55,403 nt of DNA from an uncultured virus (IMG/VR IMGVR_UViG_3300022689_000310) (IMGVR_UViG_3300022689_000310), one strand, 5' to 3'. Shown: positions 1-12,590, numbered from the stretch's first letter. Notes: generated by a model not told the origin, from the letters alone. Translations and numbers: made by a program.

Positions 1-375
1 CTTATTTAAATTTAACTCCCCTATCTCTTTTTTCCATATATCTCCATCTCCATTATTTATCTTATTTATATTCTTCCATATTTTTCCTATTTCTTTATAT
101 CTTCTTATCTCTTCTTTACTTAATTCTATCTCTATCTCTACTCTTGTATCTTTCCTTAATATCTCATGAGGATTGAAATATGGCCAATTATAATCATTTA
201 AAGTTTTACTCTTATATAATGCCATTTCTATAGCTAAACATAGACACTCTAATATCTTTGTTTTACCCCCTCCATTTCCCCCTTTTATAAAAGTACTTTC
301 TCCATTTAATTCTATTCTTTTTATTTTTATACCTTTATAACTTTTGATTACCAGACTATGCAATTTCAATCTCAC
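1..375 (-). CDS. ABC/SMC-type ATPase, N-terminal part (runs off the window)
   Basis: Own translation from GTG at 375 after an AAGGAGG SD: (M)RLKLHSLVIKSYKGIK...FIKGGNGGGKTKILE (Walker A); frame open to base 1. Confidence 0.7.
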   Translation of the reverse strand, partial: MRLKLHSLVIKSYKGIKIKRIELNGESTFIKGGNGGGKTKILECLCLAIEMALYKSKTLNDYNWPYFNPHEILRKDTRVEIEIELSKEEIRRYKEIGKIWKNINKINNGDGDIWKKEIGELNLNK

Positions 376-1840
376 TGCCTCCTTTTTCTTATTACAAATC
401 TCTAACTAATAATATATATTTATCTAAATCAATATATCTATCTTTATATATCTCCTCTATACTTATTATATTTAATATATAATACTCTTCTCTTTTACAA
501 TTACTCTTTATTAATTTATATAAATCGTTATCTATTTCCCTTTCATCTATACACTTAATATCTTTAATAAGATCTTTGAATATATTATCATCTACTTTAT
601 TTATTAACTTTTTATATACTGTGTTTTTATTTCCATTTATAATATTTTGTATTTTATCTATCTCTAGAAATAATATTTTTATCTTCATTCTCTAATAATT
701 TCTTATCTATATTGGAAATTAGACTAATATATGTATCGGTATAAATTCTAACTCCTCTAAAATTATTTGTTCTTATATCTAATAACTTTATTCTTTCTTT
801 ATTCTCTTCATTTTGTTCTGATTTAACAGCATTAGATATCTCTTTATATCCTCTATATCTATTTGTATTTAGATATGTTCCTATATCTATACATTTGAAT
901 TTATTTCTTATCTCTTCTTTATTCTTATTTATCATTTCTTCCCCTTCTATATAATTTGATAGTATTTTTAAAGGGTAAGTTATTATAAGACTTTGTATTT
1001 TATAACCGGCTGTTATATCTATATTTATCCCTTTTTCTATAGATAAATTTAATAAGTTTTTTGAAAACCTTAACTTCATTTTATTAGTAGGTTTACTATA
1101 TATATTCTTTATTACTAATATAGAATTATAATTAATATCAAACCATTTATTTAATATAAATCTATCATTCACTTTTTCCTCTTCCTCTTCTTTTTCTTCT
1201 TTTTCTATTCTCTCTATTCAATTTTGTCCATAAATCTTCAGGTATACCTACATTTTTATCTATAACTTTAATAATTCGTTCATCAATCTTTTTATTTATC
1301 AAAGATAATACTAATAATCTAGGTAAATCTTTATGATTAAAATTTATAGAATAAGCTGTTCCATTATATATTAAATATCTTCTTTTAGAATTATTTCCTA
1401 ATACTCGATAACTATCTTCATCTTCTAAAATTCTATCTGCGATATTCCTAAGATCTATAGGAATATAAGAATCTCTTACTAAAGCTTTATTTTCCATCCT
1501 CTTAATTCTCTATTTCTTTTTTACCTTCACTGTATATATATACACTTAATTCTGTATCTTCTTCTAAATTCCATTTATCTATATTTGTTTCTATACTCAT
1601 TACTGTTTGTAATATATCAATATGTTCTTCTTTTACAAGAACTTTTCTTCTACTTTTTATTTCTATTAATGTAGATTCTATTACATCATAATCATAATAC
1701 TTTCCTTTTTCCATTAATCTTTCTTTCACTAAGAAGATTAAATTAAATGGAGTAATACTTAATAATCTTCTTTTCTTGAGATTTTCTTTATATAATAAAT
1801 CTTCTTTACCTAATAGTCCGTCCATCTTTCTATTGATCCT

Positions 1841-2350
1841 TTATTCAGTATTTATGTATTTACCTTTACCTTTACAACAATGACAATCCTTTTCTCCTTT
1901 TATAAATCTTAATCCATAACATTTATCACATAACTCCAAACTATGTACTTTTATATTATTACTCATAGTTTTTGTATATATAATCGTACCTAATCCGTTA
2001 CATCTATTACATATACTTTTTATTTCTTTACCTGTTCCAAAACATAATTTACATATATTTTCTTCTTCATTTATCTGTACTATTTCTTGGATAAATTTAT
2101 TTTTATTTCTTTCAGACCGTTTTATAATTTCTTCTATATATCTCTCTATATCTTTAAATCTACCACTTTTAATCTCTTCTAATTCTCTTGTTAATTCTAA
2201 TAATCTTTTATTATCTTCTTCTGTATATTCAGCTCCTTTTGTATCTGGATGTAACTCTTTTATCTCCCTCTTTATTCTTTCTTTTCTCTTAGACCTTTCT
2301 CTTCCCATATATACCTCTACTCTTTCTTTATACTTATTTATAATAAACAA
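1841..2350 (-). CDS. Protein with DnaJ-type zinc-finger repeats
   Basis: CKLCFGTG, CNRCNGLG, CDKCYGLR, CHCCKGKG. Confidence 0.7.
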   Translation of the reverse strand: MFIINKYKERVEVYMGRERSKRKERIKREIKELHPDTKGAEYTEEDNKRLLELTRELEEIKSGRFKDIERYIEEIIKRSERNKNKFIQEIVQINEEENICKLCFGTGKEIKSICNRCNGLGTIIYTKTMSNNIKVHSLELCDKCYGLRFIKGEKDCHCCKGKGKYINTE

Positions 2351-3103
2351 CTTAGACCATCTTTTCTATAAACATATAGAAAATATGGTCTATTCTATAT
2401 ATTAATTATATTAATTATATTAATTCTAATAATCTTTTAGTTGTACCTCCTTTACATTTAGTTTTTTCTTCATCTTTTATTTATTTTCTCTTATATCCAC
2501 CTATTCCCATTTTTATCTCCATTCATTCACTAAAGCCATTACTAATGCTATAAGACTTTCCTTATCATTTGGTAAAGAATTTAAACGATATCTTTTATTT
2601 ATATACTTTATTCCTTTTAAATTATTACTCCTCCCATTCATTTTTATATTACTTTCATTTCTTTTTAATTTATTTAATTCTTGTTTTGTATAATTTAGGA
2701 ATTCTAGAAAACTTTCTTTATTCATTTTTTACTCCTTCATATCCAGTTTATTTTTATTCTCTTTTTTAATAAAACTTAATTGGGATTCTAAAAATTTATA
2801 TGTTCTTAAGGAATTATTATCTAATGTTCCTTTTTTATAACCTTCACTCAACTCTTTATATAAAATTATTTTACATATAACACTATTAAAATAGTTACTT
2901 AAAGATACAGTTATATCTTTACTTTCTTCTATTGATATTTCATTTATTCTTTCTTTAAGACTCTCTATTATCTTTTCTATTTCTTCATCCTTCTGAAAAT
3001 ATACTATTATTTCTTCTTTTAACTTTTCTGCTTTCCTTTTTCTATTCTTAGATAAATTATTTAAAGTTGTTATTGAATATATCTCTTTAATAGCTTTCAT
3101 TAT

Positions 3104-3724
3104 TTATTTCTCTTCTATCATTCTTAATTGTCTCTGAAAATAGAATTCTCCCACACTTTGTCTAATATATCTTATTAAACTGCTTGACCATTCTATCTTA
3201 TTATCTTCAGTTTTATTTATTAATAAACTTTCATTAATAAAATCTTTTAATTCATTATCATTAATTTTATATTCTTCTAATAAATAACTTTGTATTCTAT
3301 CTATATCTAGAGAATCTATTAATAAATTATTTAATACTATAAATATTTTTATTCCCTTTGGACTTAAGTTTTTTATACTTCTCAAAAAGCTCCAACATAT
3401 AAATTTATATGGGGTTTCTATATCTATATAATTCTTTAATTCAACAGTATCTATAATTCTTTTATCTTCATTTAATAGATATGTTGTACATAATATTAAT
3501 ATTTTTATTCTTTCTATATCTTTATATTCATCTCTTTCTTCTATATAAGAATAACCTCTCAATATCATATCACTTGTATCTCTACTGAAATTCTTATAAA
3601 TAAATTCATCTGCTAATATTTTATAAAATACTTTCCATCTATTATGACATCTTTCTTGTGGAATCTTTTTTAATATTTCTTTAGGTGAATATATCTTCTT
3701 TTTTATTTCATTATCTTTACTCAC
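3104..3724 (-). CDS. Hypothetical protein
   Basis: 206-aa ORF in a tightly packed run of minus-strand genes. Confidence 0.6.
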   Translation of the reverse strand: MSKDNEIKKKIYSPKEILKKIPQERCHNRWKVFYKILADEFIYKNFSRDTSDMILRGYSYIEERDEYKDIERIKILILCTTYLLNEDKRIIDTVELKNYIDIETPYKFICWSFLRSIKNLSPKGIKIFIVLNNLLIDSLDIDRIQSYLLEEYKINDNELKDFINESLLINKTEDNKIEWSSSLIRYIRQSVGEFYFQRQLRMIEEK

Positions 3725-3824
3725 TTTACTATTATTATTATTTTGCTTCTTATTTATACTTCATATCTTATTACACTATAATTATTATTTCTACTTATAA
3801 ACTTAATTAAATATATATATAATT

Positions 3825-4079
3825 ATGGCTTGTTGTGGTAAAAGATCAGTTAGATATGTTCCCAATTCCTCCCCAAATCCTTCTAGAAGGAGAAATTCAA
3901 TATCTTCTGGTTATACATATTCTTCTAATCCTATTAATGCTCAACCCGCTCAAGTATATACTCAAAACCATACTCATACTTTTGAAGAAAGAGAAATTAC
4001 TTTATCAGGTAGAACTTATATTGTAAAGACTTGTACGGATCCCTCTTGTTCTTATAAACAAGTTGTACAGAAAAATTAA
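3825..4079 (+). CDS. Small Cys-containing hypothetical protein (MACCGKR start)
   Basis: 84-aa ORF filling the gap between minus-strand genes; non-shadow composition. Confidence 0.65.
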   Translation: MACCGKRSVRYVPNSSPNPSRRRNSISSGYTYSSNPINAQPAQVYTQNHTHTFEEREITLSGRTYIVKTCTDPSCSYKQVVQKN

Positions 4080-5029
4080 TTTGTTTTTAATATATCTTTT
4101 AATATATCTTCATCTTCCTTCTCCTTTTTTATTTCTTTCTTTTCTACTTCTTTCTTATTTGATAAGACTCCTTTAATTATAGAATCTAAATCTGGATTGT
4201 ATTTATTACCTATTAATTTTTCTCTATTAAATATTCTTTTATAAAATTCTGGAAATCTACTTTCATAAAATCTTAATAATGACTTCCTTTTATAATTATC
4301 AGAATATAAATATAAAGTACTTTTACTATCTATCTGTATACAAAATATAACTCCTAAATAACCTATTCCATCATCTTTGAATGATTCTATTTCTATAATA
4401 TCTAATACTATTTTCTTTATTCTTTTATATATATAATCATCTATATCTTTATCTTCATTTATATTTCTATACTGTGAATTTTCTATTATTTCTATGTGAT
4501 TGTAATAATTTATATACTCTTTTCTGTTTACTTCCTTTATAAATAATCTAAACGATCTTTTATATTTATATAGAAAATTTTCATTTAGTATAGATATATC
4601 TCTTTTTTTTAATAATATTTTTTCTATTTCTATCCATACGCATATTTCATAATTTAATCCAATTTTTATATTATATGTGTTTATCTTATATCTCATACTT
4701 ACATCTTTCATTACTCCTGATCTATAAGGTATGTCTGCATTATTTATAAGGGGTTTTGGATATACCTTATATAATACTCCTTCTACTTGACTTATCCCTT
4801 CTTTCTCTATTATCTCTTCTTCTTTTTTAAGATATATTTCAAATACTATATTTTCTCCTTTATCTGTATTTAAATATTTATCTATATCTATTAATTTCTC
4901 TTCCCAAATCTCCTTCCCTATAAAATAATGTCTCTTTATTGCTTCTTCTATATCTATATTAAGTAGTTTACTCTTCTTTTTCTTCCTTTTTTTTCTTTTA
5001 CCCCTATTACTAATTTTCTTTTTTCTCAT
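4076..5029 (-). CDS. Hypothetical protein with basic N-terminus
   Basis: 317-aa ORF; start overlaps the stop of the upstream ORF. Confidence 0.6.
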   Translation of the reverse strand: MRKKKISNRGKRKKRKKKKSKLLNIDIEEAIKRHYFIGKEIWEEKLIDIDKYLNTDKGENIVFEIYLKKEEEIIEKEGISQVEGVLYKVYPKPLINNADIPYRSGVMKDVSMRYKINTYNIKIGLNYEICVWIEIEKILLKKRDISILNENFLYKYKRSFRLFIKEVNRKEYINYYNHIEIIENSQYRNINEDKDIDDYIYKRIKKIVLDIIEIESFKDDGIGYLGVIFCIQIDSKSTLYLYSDNYKRKSLLRFYESRFPEFYKRIFNREKLIGNKYNPDLDSIIKGVLSNKKEVEKKEIKKEKEDEDILKDILKTN

Positions 5030-5407
5030 TTTAATTTATTAACTTTTCTTATCCATTCGTAATTTCTCTTTAAATTCTTACTTATCAATTCTTTTTTTAC
5101 TTCATTAAATATAAAACTTAATACATTTATCCAAGTTGTGTTTTTCTTTTCATATATCTCTATTGAAGGTATATATATTCCCTGTACTTTATAATAATAA
5201 TTATTTAAAAATACTAAATCGTTTCTATATTTGACTGATATACTTTCATTATTTCTCACATATCTTATTAACTCTATATCTCTTATTAATTCTAATGATA
5301 AGTCATATTTCTCTAAAGTTCTTATTATTAGTTTTTCTTTCGTTATACTCTTACCTCTTTCATTTAATATAAGTTTGATTACATTTATTAATTCGTTTTT
5401 ATTTATC

Positions 5408-5809
5408 ATGTTATTATATTTCTTTATATATATTGCTATATCTATAGTATTTGTTGAGTCATTGGCTAATCTTACTACAAGTACTCTTATATTTGATAAA
5501 TGGAGATTATTCTTAGGTAGTTTAGGAGAAAGATTGAATTTATATTCTGATGATGGTACTAATATATTAGGTTATCTTGGAGAATGTCATCTATGTACTT
5601 CTCATCAAATATCTCTCATTCTTCCTCTATTCTACTCTAATATTTTCTTGTTCCCTACTTCTTATTCTTTTATTAACTATCTTATATTATCATTAATAAT
5701 TGGTAGAGGGTCTTTTATTTTACATCTAATAATAGATCAATTTGAAAGTATAAAAATTAATTCTAACTCTACTACTTTATCTATAATAGAAAATCCATCA
5801 CAATTATAA
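5408..5809 (+). CDS. Membrane protein, DUF1360-like
   Basis: Likely start ATG 5408; hydrophobic segments flank GYLGECHLCTS (CxxC). Confidence 0.5.
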   Translation: MLLYFFIYIAISIVFVESLANLTTSTLIFDKWRLFLGSLGERLNLYSDDGTNILGYLGECHLCTSHQISLILPLFYSNIFLFPTSYSFINYLILSLIIGRGSFILHLIIDQFESIKINSNSTTLSIIENPSQL

Positions 5810-5868
5810 TTATTTATTTTTTCTCTTCAATATTTTCTTTAATCTATTAATTATATAACAAATAAAAC

Positions 5869-6656
5869 AAAGAGGGACATTTTACCATTATGTCCCTCTT
5901 TTACCAAAATCAAGCTAAGCAAGACCTTAGCCTTTAATAAAAGAGAAAGACATATATATAGATATATATCTTTCTCTTAGTACATGAGCACAAGGTATAA
6001 AAAAACTATGCTAAGCAAAGCCTTAGCCTTACTTATATATTAAGAAAGAGGAGAAGTATAAATACCTTCTCCTCCAGTCTTTTCAATTTTAAAAAAAGCT
6101 AAGCAAGACCTTAGCCTTACTTACAAAGTAAAACAGAAAGAAAGAAAGAAAAAGCAGAAGATATATATATATTTTCTCCTCTACTAATTTTGATCAAAAA
6201 AAGCTAAGCAAGATCTTAGCCTTACTTATTTCTATTATAGGAGAGGAAAGTTTTATATACTCTCCTCTACCAAGTTGGCCGGAAAAAAGAGCTAAGCAAA
6301 GCCTTAGCTTTACTTATTTAAAATATTAATTACAAAGAAATTTAAGGATATCTATTTTTTCTTTTCTATAATACAATTCTTAAGTATATTAATTTAAGTA
6401 ACGTTGAGTTCTTAAAGATAATTTTACTTAGCATATGTCTGAAGAATTTTATAGGAGAGTCCTAGAGATTTACATAATGAACTCAACCTTTTAATAAGAA
6501 AGATTTATTATACTTCGAGTACTTGTTATACTTATAGAATGATAGTCTTATACTCCTTTCAGTATATTTGAGTAAATGGGGAAAGTTTTAATACTTTCCC
6601 CAGACTTCATCCTATTTACCTAAGAAGGTGCTAAGCAGGAACCTTAGCCCTACTTA
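5869..6656 (-). repeat. Array A: six copies of a GCTAAG-N6/7-CTTAGC hairpin repeat, each paired with a variable segment and a second hairpin
   Basis: Plus-strand consensus GCTAAGCAAGACCTTAGCCTTACTTA at 5914, 6010, 6098, 6203, 6291, 6630. Confidence 0.9.
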
Positions 6657-8257
6657 TTTATAATTAATTTTATATTAGCTTTCCTTTATTATTTATTCTA
6701 TTTATCCATGAAGCTTTTATAGATTAAATTATAAATCAATTATCTTGCTGGTTCTTGACAATCTAAAGTCTATTTTATAAAGGTAATCTTTCATATAATA
6801 TATATATATAAATTCTTAAGAAGTCAGCAAGTAGAGTATAAATTTTACTTATTTATTAAATTTAAAGTTGAAGGAATATATTATAGAATATATTAATAAT
6901 AGTAAATCTTATATATAATGCATAAAATTCTTATTAATATATAGTATGGAAACAATATTTCTTTTTAATTGTTATATATATATAAAATCTTTTATTCTTA
7001 GTAAGATATTATTTATCTTATATAAAATTTTTCCTTATAAATCTATTAATAAGATTTTATATTATGAAAAAATATTATCTTTACCAGTTATAAATTTACT
7101 ATTTGATACCTTTATTTTTATCTTAATGGGATTAATCTTTATATGTTTCTATACATATAAATTTTATATTAAGTGTATATATATTAATCTTTTTAATCAT
7201 AAAGAATATCTATATTTATTGGAGTTGTTGCTTTTAATTTATCTATATATTCATTACCAATTCCTTTAGAAGGTATATCACTACCAGGTATATTAATTGG
7301 TAAATAATACACTCCATCTACTTTTATCAATTTTATCTTTAATTTAAAGTCTAAGTTAAAAGCCCAGAATGCTAATAATTCTAGTTCTTCACTAGTAACA
7401 AATAATTTGTTTAAGATTAATCTTTTAATATCTTCTTTATTATGGGGTTCCGGACAATTATTTTTTATAAAAGATTCATATAATCTAAAGTAATTCCAAG
7501 TTTCTATATTATTTATTACTGGTGCTTCTTGTGTCATAACTCTTCTATGTTTATACTATCAAACAAGTTAATTACGGATTTATTCTTTATATATTCTATA
7601 GGACAGTGTAATCTTGTTATTACTTTACTTATATGACCCCTATGTCTATTATTTGTCTTTATATCTATATATAACTTAATACCTTCAAGATTACTTACTA
7701 ATATTTTTATATCATTATTTTTATATTCAAATGCTGTAAAATCACCTGAACCTTTAGTATATAAATTTAATACACTCTCTTTGTTATTGAATTTATGTTT
7801 TAGTAAATATACCAATTGCTCTATATTTTCTATATCTTTTATATCTTCCTCCCAGATATCACTCTTTATATTATAATTAATATACTTTATTAATTTATTT
7901 ATTCTATCTATAAAGTAATTATCATCATAATTACCTTTATAACTTAACTTTTCTTCTAATACATATCTACATTTTGTATTATATGTTTCTTTAGTTAATG
8001 TCTGTTTTTTTATTATCATTATATAATATGTATATATATATATATATTAGTCTATATCAAGATGTATATTTAAGATATTACAAGCTATTTCAATAACCTC
8101 TTGACCTGCATTACTATATAAATAATATTCACCATTTTCTTCTATTATTTCACTTAATATATATCCATCTTCATGAATCATAAATGATCTTAAAGTTTTT
8201 ATATCTTCTTCATTCTTAAATGAATATATATACGGAAATTTTAATCTATTCATTTCA

Positions 8258-9286
8258 CTAATGTATTACCTTTTTCTTTGTTATCATTTCATCATATTCT
8301 TTCCTTAATTTAAATTCTAAATCATTAAATTTATGTTCAGATATATCCGAATATAAATTGTAATAAAATAATAATGAGTTTTTTGATAGATATATAGGAT
8401 TAATTTCAGTAAAATATATTAATCCATGTAGATCCATTACTTTTTTTATAATATTACCTGAATTTTTATCTTTATATGTTACTAATAGAGGTTTAAATAT
8501 ATTATCTGGTTTATATAATATTCTAACTTCTACTTCATCTTTTTCCTTTATGAATATATTTTGAGATATTTCTTTATATCCTATCTTCTTAATATATTCT
8601 AATAATCTACCTTCTGTAAAAACATATAAACTTATTAACCATTTAGGTGTGGGAAGATATCTTTCTTTACCTAAAAGTATATTTTCTATCTTACCATCTT
8701 TTATTTTTACTATCTCTTCTCTTAATTCATAAGTAACTTTCTCATAATAATCTAATCCACGATTACTATATAGATTTTCTGATAGAGAAATAGTATAGTT
8801 AATTATTCCATTTTCATTTGTTAAACTTTTATGTATCTTACAGCTTAATATATTTGTTCCTAAAAGCATTATATTTATATTAATATAAGGATTATTTATT
8901 TCTAGATATACTTTATAAGTATTATTATTATTTCTATTTTTTCCTAATGTACCATTATCATTAGAATTACTATTTAAAGTTGAAATAGACTTCTCATAAA
9001 AGAAATCTATAAATGATCTTAAATTATAAATATCCTTAGTATTAACACTAATATTTAAAGCTTTAAAACAATAATCAAAATATTTTAATATATCTTTTAT
9101 ACCCTCTATTCTTTTCTTATATATTATTGGAATACTCTCTCTATCTTTTTTATTTAAAAGTGAAGTAGAAACTTTAAAGAATTCCATAGTAGACAAATAG
9201 TTTAAATCTATTTGTCTACTTTTAAAAACTTCTGTTATATGTTTATATTGTAATTCTATATCTCCTTTCCCTATTACATTTTTCAC
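8258..9286 (-). CDS. Hypothetical protein
   Basis: 342-aa ORF with GGAGG SD. Confidence 0.6.
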   Translation of the reverse strand: MKNVIGKGDIELQYKHITEVFKSRQIDLNYLSTMEFFKVSTSLLNKKDRESIPIIYKKRIEGIKDILKYFDYCFKALNISVNTKDIYNLRSFIDFFYEKSISTLNSNSNDNGTLGKNRNNNNTYKVYLEINNPYININIMLLGTNILSCKIHKSLTNENGIINYTISLSENLYSNRGLDYYEKVTYELREEIVKIKDGKIENILLGKERYLPTPKWLISLYVFTEGRLLEYIKKIGYKEISQNIFIKEKDEVEVRILYKPDNIFKPLLVTYKDKNSGNIIKKVMDLHGLIYFTEINPIYLSKNSLLFYYNLYSDISEHKFNDLEFKLRKEYDEMITKKKVIH

Positions 9287-9651
9287 TTTTCCTCCATTAA
9301 ATTCTTTTATATCTTTCTATACTCTACAATCCTATTTGAATTTAATTATTTCTGTCGTTACCATTCTATAATATTCTTCTATAATTAGTATTTCATTTGT
9401 ATAATATTCTTCTATATTTGATATCCCACATATACCAGATATTTCTATTATTAAATCTGCTAATATTTCTATTAATAATCTTGTTTTATTACAGTAAGGA
9501 TTTAGTAATCCTAATACAAATATAAATATTGTTATATATATTTCCATACTCTCCTCTTAATTTTTTCCAATCTTTATATCTTCATATTATCTTATATATA
9601 TGTATATATGTATGTATATATTAAAATCAATTATTAATGATATATAAAATA

Positions 9652-10086
9652 TTAATGTTGAATTATAGAAACTCTAACATTAGAATCAGAATCCTTAATC
9701 CTATTAATAGATTGTGTGACTTGTCGGAGAGATTCTTGATTTCTAATTACACTAACTCTAGTTACTATATCATCAATCATAGATCTAATATAATTAATCT
9801 GTTCGTCAGAATAATTAATATGATTAAGTAATCTATCATATTGAAGTTCAATATGATTATCTGAAGAGATCCTAATACCAATTGGAGTAATTGAAGTTTC
9901 TACTCCATAATGAAAATAACTATACTGTAAAGTATCACTATTATTATTATTTAATATTTTTCTATCTACAAACTTTAAATCTTCATTAGGTCTTTCTTGA
10001 ATAATCTCCAAGAACATTTGTTTGATCTTCTCAAGATTACTTTCATTCGCTTCTAATTTTACAGATACAGTTTCAAAATGTGACAT
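9652..10086 (-). CDS. DUF1257/Ycf35-like protein
   Basis: N-terminal MSHFETVSVKL and IG-x-R...ELQYD pattern. Confidence 0.45.
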   Translation of the reverse strand: MSHFETVSVKLEANESNLEKIKQMFLEIIQERPNEDLKFVDRKILNNNNSDTLQYSYFHYGVETSITPIGIRISSDNHIELQYDRLLNHINYSDEQINYIRSMIDDIVTRVSVIRNQESLRQVTQSINRIKDSDSNVRVSIIQH

Positions 10087-10098
10087 AATTTTCCTCCA

Positions 10099-10851
10099 TT
10101 ATCCTTTTTTTGTCATTAAACTTTGGAACCAATTTATTATAAAATCTTCAAAATATATTCCTTCATTATTAGATAGTCTTCTTTCTAAGAATGCACATTT
10201 AATACCCATACCATCTAATAAAGTAGTAACATCAGATAATAAATTATTATAAATATTTATATATCTACATATTTTACTATTCAACCATCCAATTTCATCT
10301 ATATTTTCTGGTAATAAATTATATTCTTCTAAAATAGATTTTTCACTATTATTATCTTTTGTACTCAACTCTAAAACTACTTTTCCTATTAATATATCTT
10401 TATCAGGACGGTAAGTAATAAGGTTATGTAATATAGTTAAATCGTTTGATTTAAATTTAGGTTCTATTTCTCTTACAGAACTTTTATAAAAATACATATA
10501 TGCATTATATTCTTCCTCTTCTCTAAGGTAAATAGTTAATAAAGACTCTCTATCATATTTATCTAAAGAGGTTCCTTTCTCTTGTACATAATCTTGATTT
10601 AAAGGTAATAATTTAGGTAAATTATTTTCATATTTATATATAGAATTATCAGTTAATCTTTTATCTAAGGTGTATAAAGAATCCTGATAAAGAAAAAAAT
10701 CCGAACAATTAATAGCTTTATCAATAGTTTGTTTTTTATGTTCATTAAAACTATCCGAATGGATATCTTTATGATTAAGGGAACAAAAATACTTATTCTT
10801 TTTACCTACAGATTTTGCATTATGTCTACAAATCTGGCATTTACTTGTCAT
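10099..10851 (-). CDS. Hypothetical protein with N-terminal Cys cluster
   Basis: CQICRH...C...C in the first 50 aa. Confidence 0.55.
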   Translation of the reverse strand: MTSKCQICRHNAKSVGKKNKYFCSLNHKDIHSDSFNEHKKQTIDKAINCSDFFLYQDSLYTLDKRLTDNSIYKYENNLPKLLPLNQDYVQEKGTSLDKYDRESLLTIYLREEEEYNAYMYFYKSSVREIEPKFKSNDLTILHNLITYRPDKDILIGKVVLELSTKDNNSEKSILEEYNLLPENIDEIGWLNSKICRYINIYNNLLSDVTTLLDGMGIKCAFLERRLSNNEGIYFEDFIINWFQSLMTKKG

Positions 10852-10865
10852 AAATTATTCTCCCT

Positions 10866-12590
10866 TCATTCTATATTGATTGACCGAGTTATATCTTTTA
10901 TATTTAGAATCATTACATCTACAATTGGAATACCTAATAATAATAAAGATTTCCTAACTATAATATCTATCAAATAAAATATTTTTAATACTTCTATATC
11001 TATTAAATCTCCTTTAATTACTTGACTATTCTCATATAACTTATTAAATATTTTACATAATAGATATAAATAATTAGTTAAGATATGAGAATGATATTCT
11101 TCTAATACTTCATTTAATATAGATTCAAAGTTAAGTAATAAAAGTAATAATTCTTTTATATATTTATATCTAGTAGTATTTACTTCTTGATGTAAATGTA
11201 TAGATTTAGTTTCTAAGATATCTTTTATATCTTTATTATATTTATCTTTTAATTTATCATTTATACCTCTAATTCTACTCAATACATATAAGAGGTAACA
11301 AATAGTATTTCCTTCTAGACTCAATATATTTTTTATATCAAATATAAAATCTGTATTTCTATGTATAGATAAGTATTGATATTTAATAGCTCCTATAGCT
11401 ATATTTTCATTACCTGCCACTTCTATAGCTTTATTTAACAAATCTTTTATTAAAGGAGTATTTCCTTTTCTACTACTAATCTTACTATTATGTAAATCTT
11501 TTATAAGACCGAATTTTACATGTATAGGTTTACATATTTCTAACCAGTTAGCTCTTGAAGCGGTCTCAAATACAATATTCAAATGGTCTTTCTGTGAAGA
11601 ATCTACAACGTATAAAACTTCATTAAAATTTAAAGATCTTCTCTTTAGTGCTGTTAGATCTGTAGATGTATAAGTATATCCTCCATCACTCTTCTTTATA
11701 ATACTTACCATATCCTTATCTATACTCTTTATACAAATAGCATTATCACTTTCATAAGCTATATCTTTGTCTATTAATTCTTTTATTACCCCTTCAATAT
11801 CTTTTAAATACTTTGATTCTCCTATTTCTTTTAATTCTTTTGATATCCTTATTTTCTCAAATATTTCTTTATAACTTTTTCTACTTAACTCTAAAATATA
11901 ATTAAATTTATTTTGTTCTTCATTAGATTTATTTATAATCCATTTTTGTATTAATAATGTTTTATATCTACTTTCTTCTATAAGTTGTTTATCTTCTCTA
12001 CATAAGTATTTAGCTTTAGAATAATCTATTCCTATATCTTCTATACTCTGAGGTATATAATCCTTATCTTTATACTTATCGTAATAAGCTAATAGTAGAC
12101 CGAATTGAGTTCCACAATCACCTACATGATTAACTCTAGTTATATTATTACCTCTATATTCTAATAACCTTGCTATAAAATCTCCTATTAATAGAGATCT
12201 TAAATGTGCTACATGTAACGGTTTAGCTAAATTTGGACTTCCATAATCTATAAGTATTTTCTTACTATTAAAGTTTTCTATTCTATTGATTGATATTATT
12301 TTATATAAAGTATTTAATATATCTCTTATCTTCTCTTTAGTACATCTTATGGATATAAATCCTTTACCTGTAATTTCATATTCATAGCCTCTATTTTTAT
12401 TTAACTTTCCTACTATATCATTTATTATTTCACTCGGTCTTTTATTAAGTAAACTAGATAATTTGAAACCTATATTACTTTGATAATCATAGTCTTCATA
12501 TTTACTTTTTATAATATCTACTTTAATAGATATATTATATTCTTCTTGTATTACTTTACTTATCTCTTCCTTTATCTCTTTAATTATCAT
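10866..12590 (-). CDS. argS: Arginyl-tRNA synthetase
   Basis: DYQSN, SPNLAKPLHVAHLRS (HIGH), NHVGDCGTQFG, KSDGGYTY, KISSRKG (KMSKS), EGNT..YLLY. Confidence 0.95.
   Translation of the reverse strand: MIIKEIKEEISKVIQEEYNISIKVDIIKSKYEDYDYQSNIGFKLSSLLNKRPSEIINDIVGKLNKNRGYEYEITGKGFISIRCTKEKIRDILNTLYKIISINRIENFNSKKILIDYGSPNLAKPLHVAHLRSLLIGDFIARLLEYRGNNITRVNHVGDCGTQFGLLLAYYDKYKDKDYIPQSIEDIGIDYSKAKYLCREDKQLIEESRYKTLLIQKWIINKSNEEQNKFNYILELSRKSYKEIFEKIRISKELKEIGESKYLKDIEGVIKELIDKDIAYESDNAICIKSIDKDMVSIIKKSDGGYTYTSTDLTALKRRSLNFNEVLYVVDSSQKDHLNIVFETASRANWLEICKPIHVKFGLIKDLHNSKISSRKGNTPLIKDLLNKAIEVAGNENIAIGAIKYQYLSIHRNTDFIFDIKNILSLEGNTICYLLYVLSRIRGINDKLKDKYNKDIKDILETKSIHLHQEVNTTRYKYIKELLLLLLNFESILNEVLEEYHSHILTNYLYLLCKIFNKLYENSQVIKGDLIDIEVLKIFYLIDIIVRKSLLLLGIPIVDVMILNIKDITRSINIE

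Noticed and set aside
6946..7269. 107-aa plus-strand ORF and similar F/I/L/Y-rich plus-strand ORFs (e.g. 17595, 29741, 51975)
   Set aside because: Composition is what extreme AT content or the antisense of K/E/I-rich genes produces; no motifs
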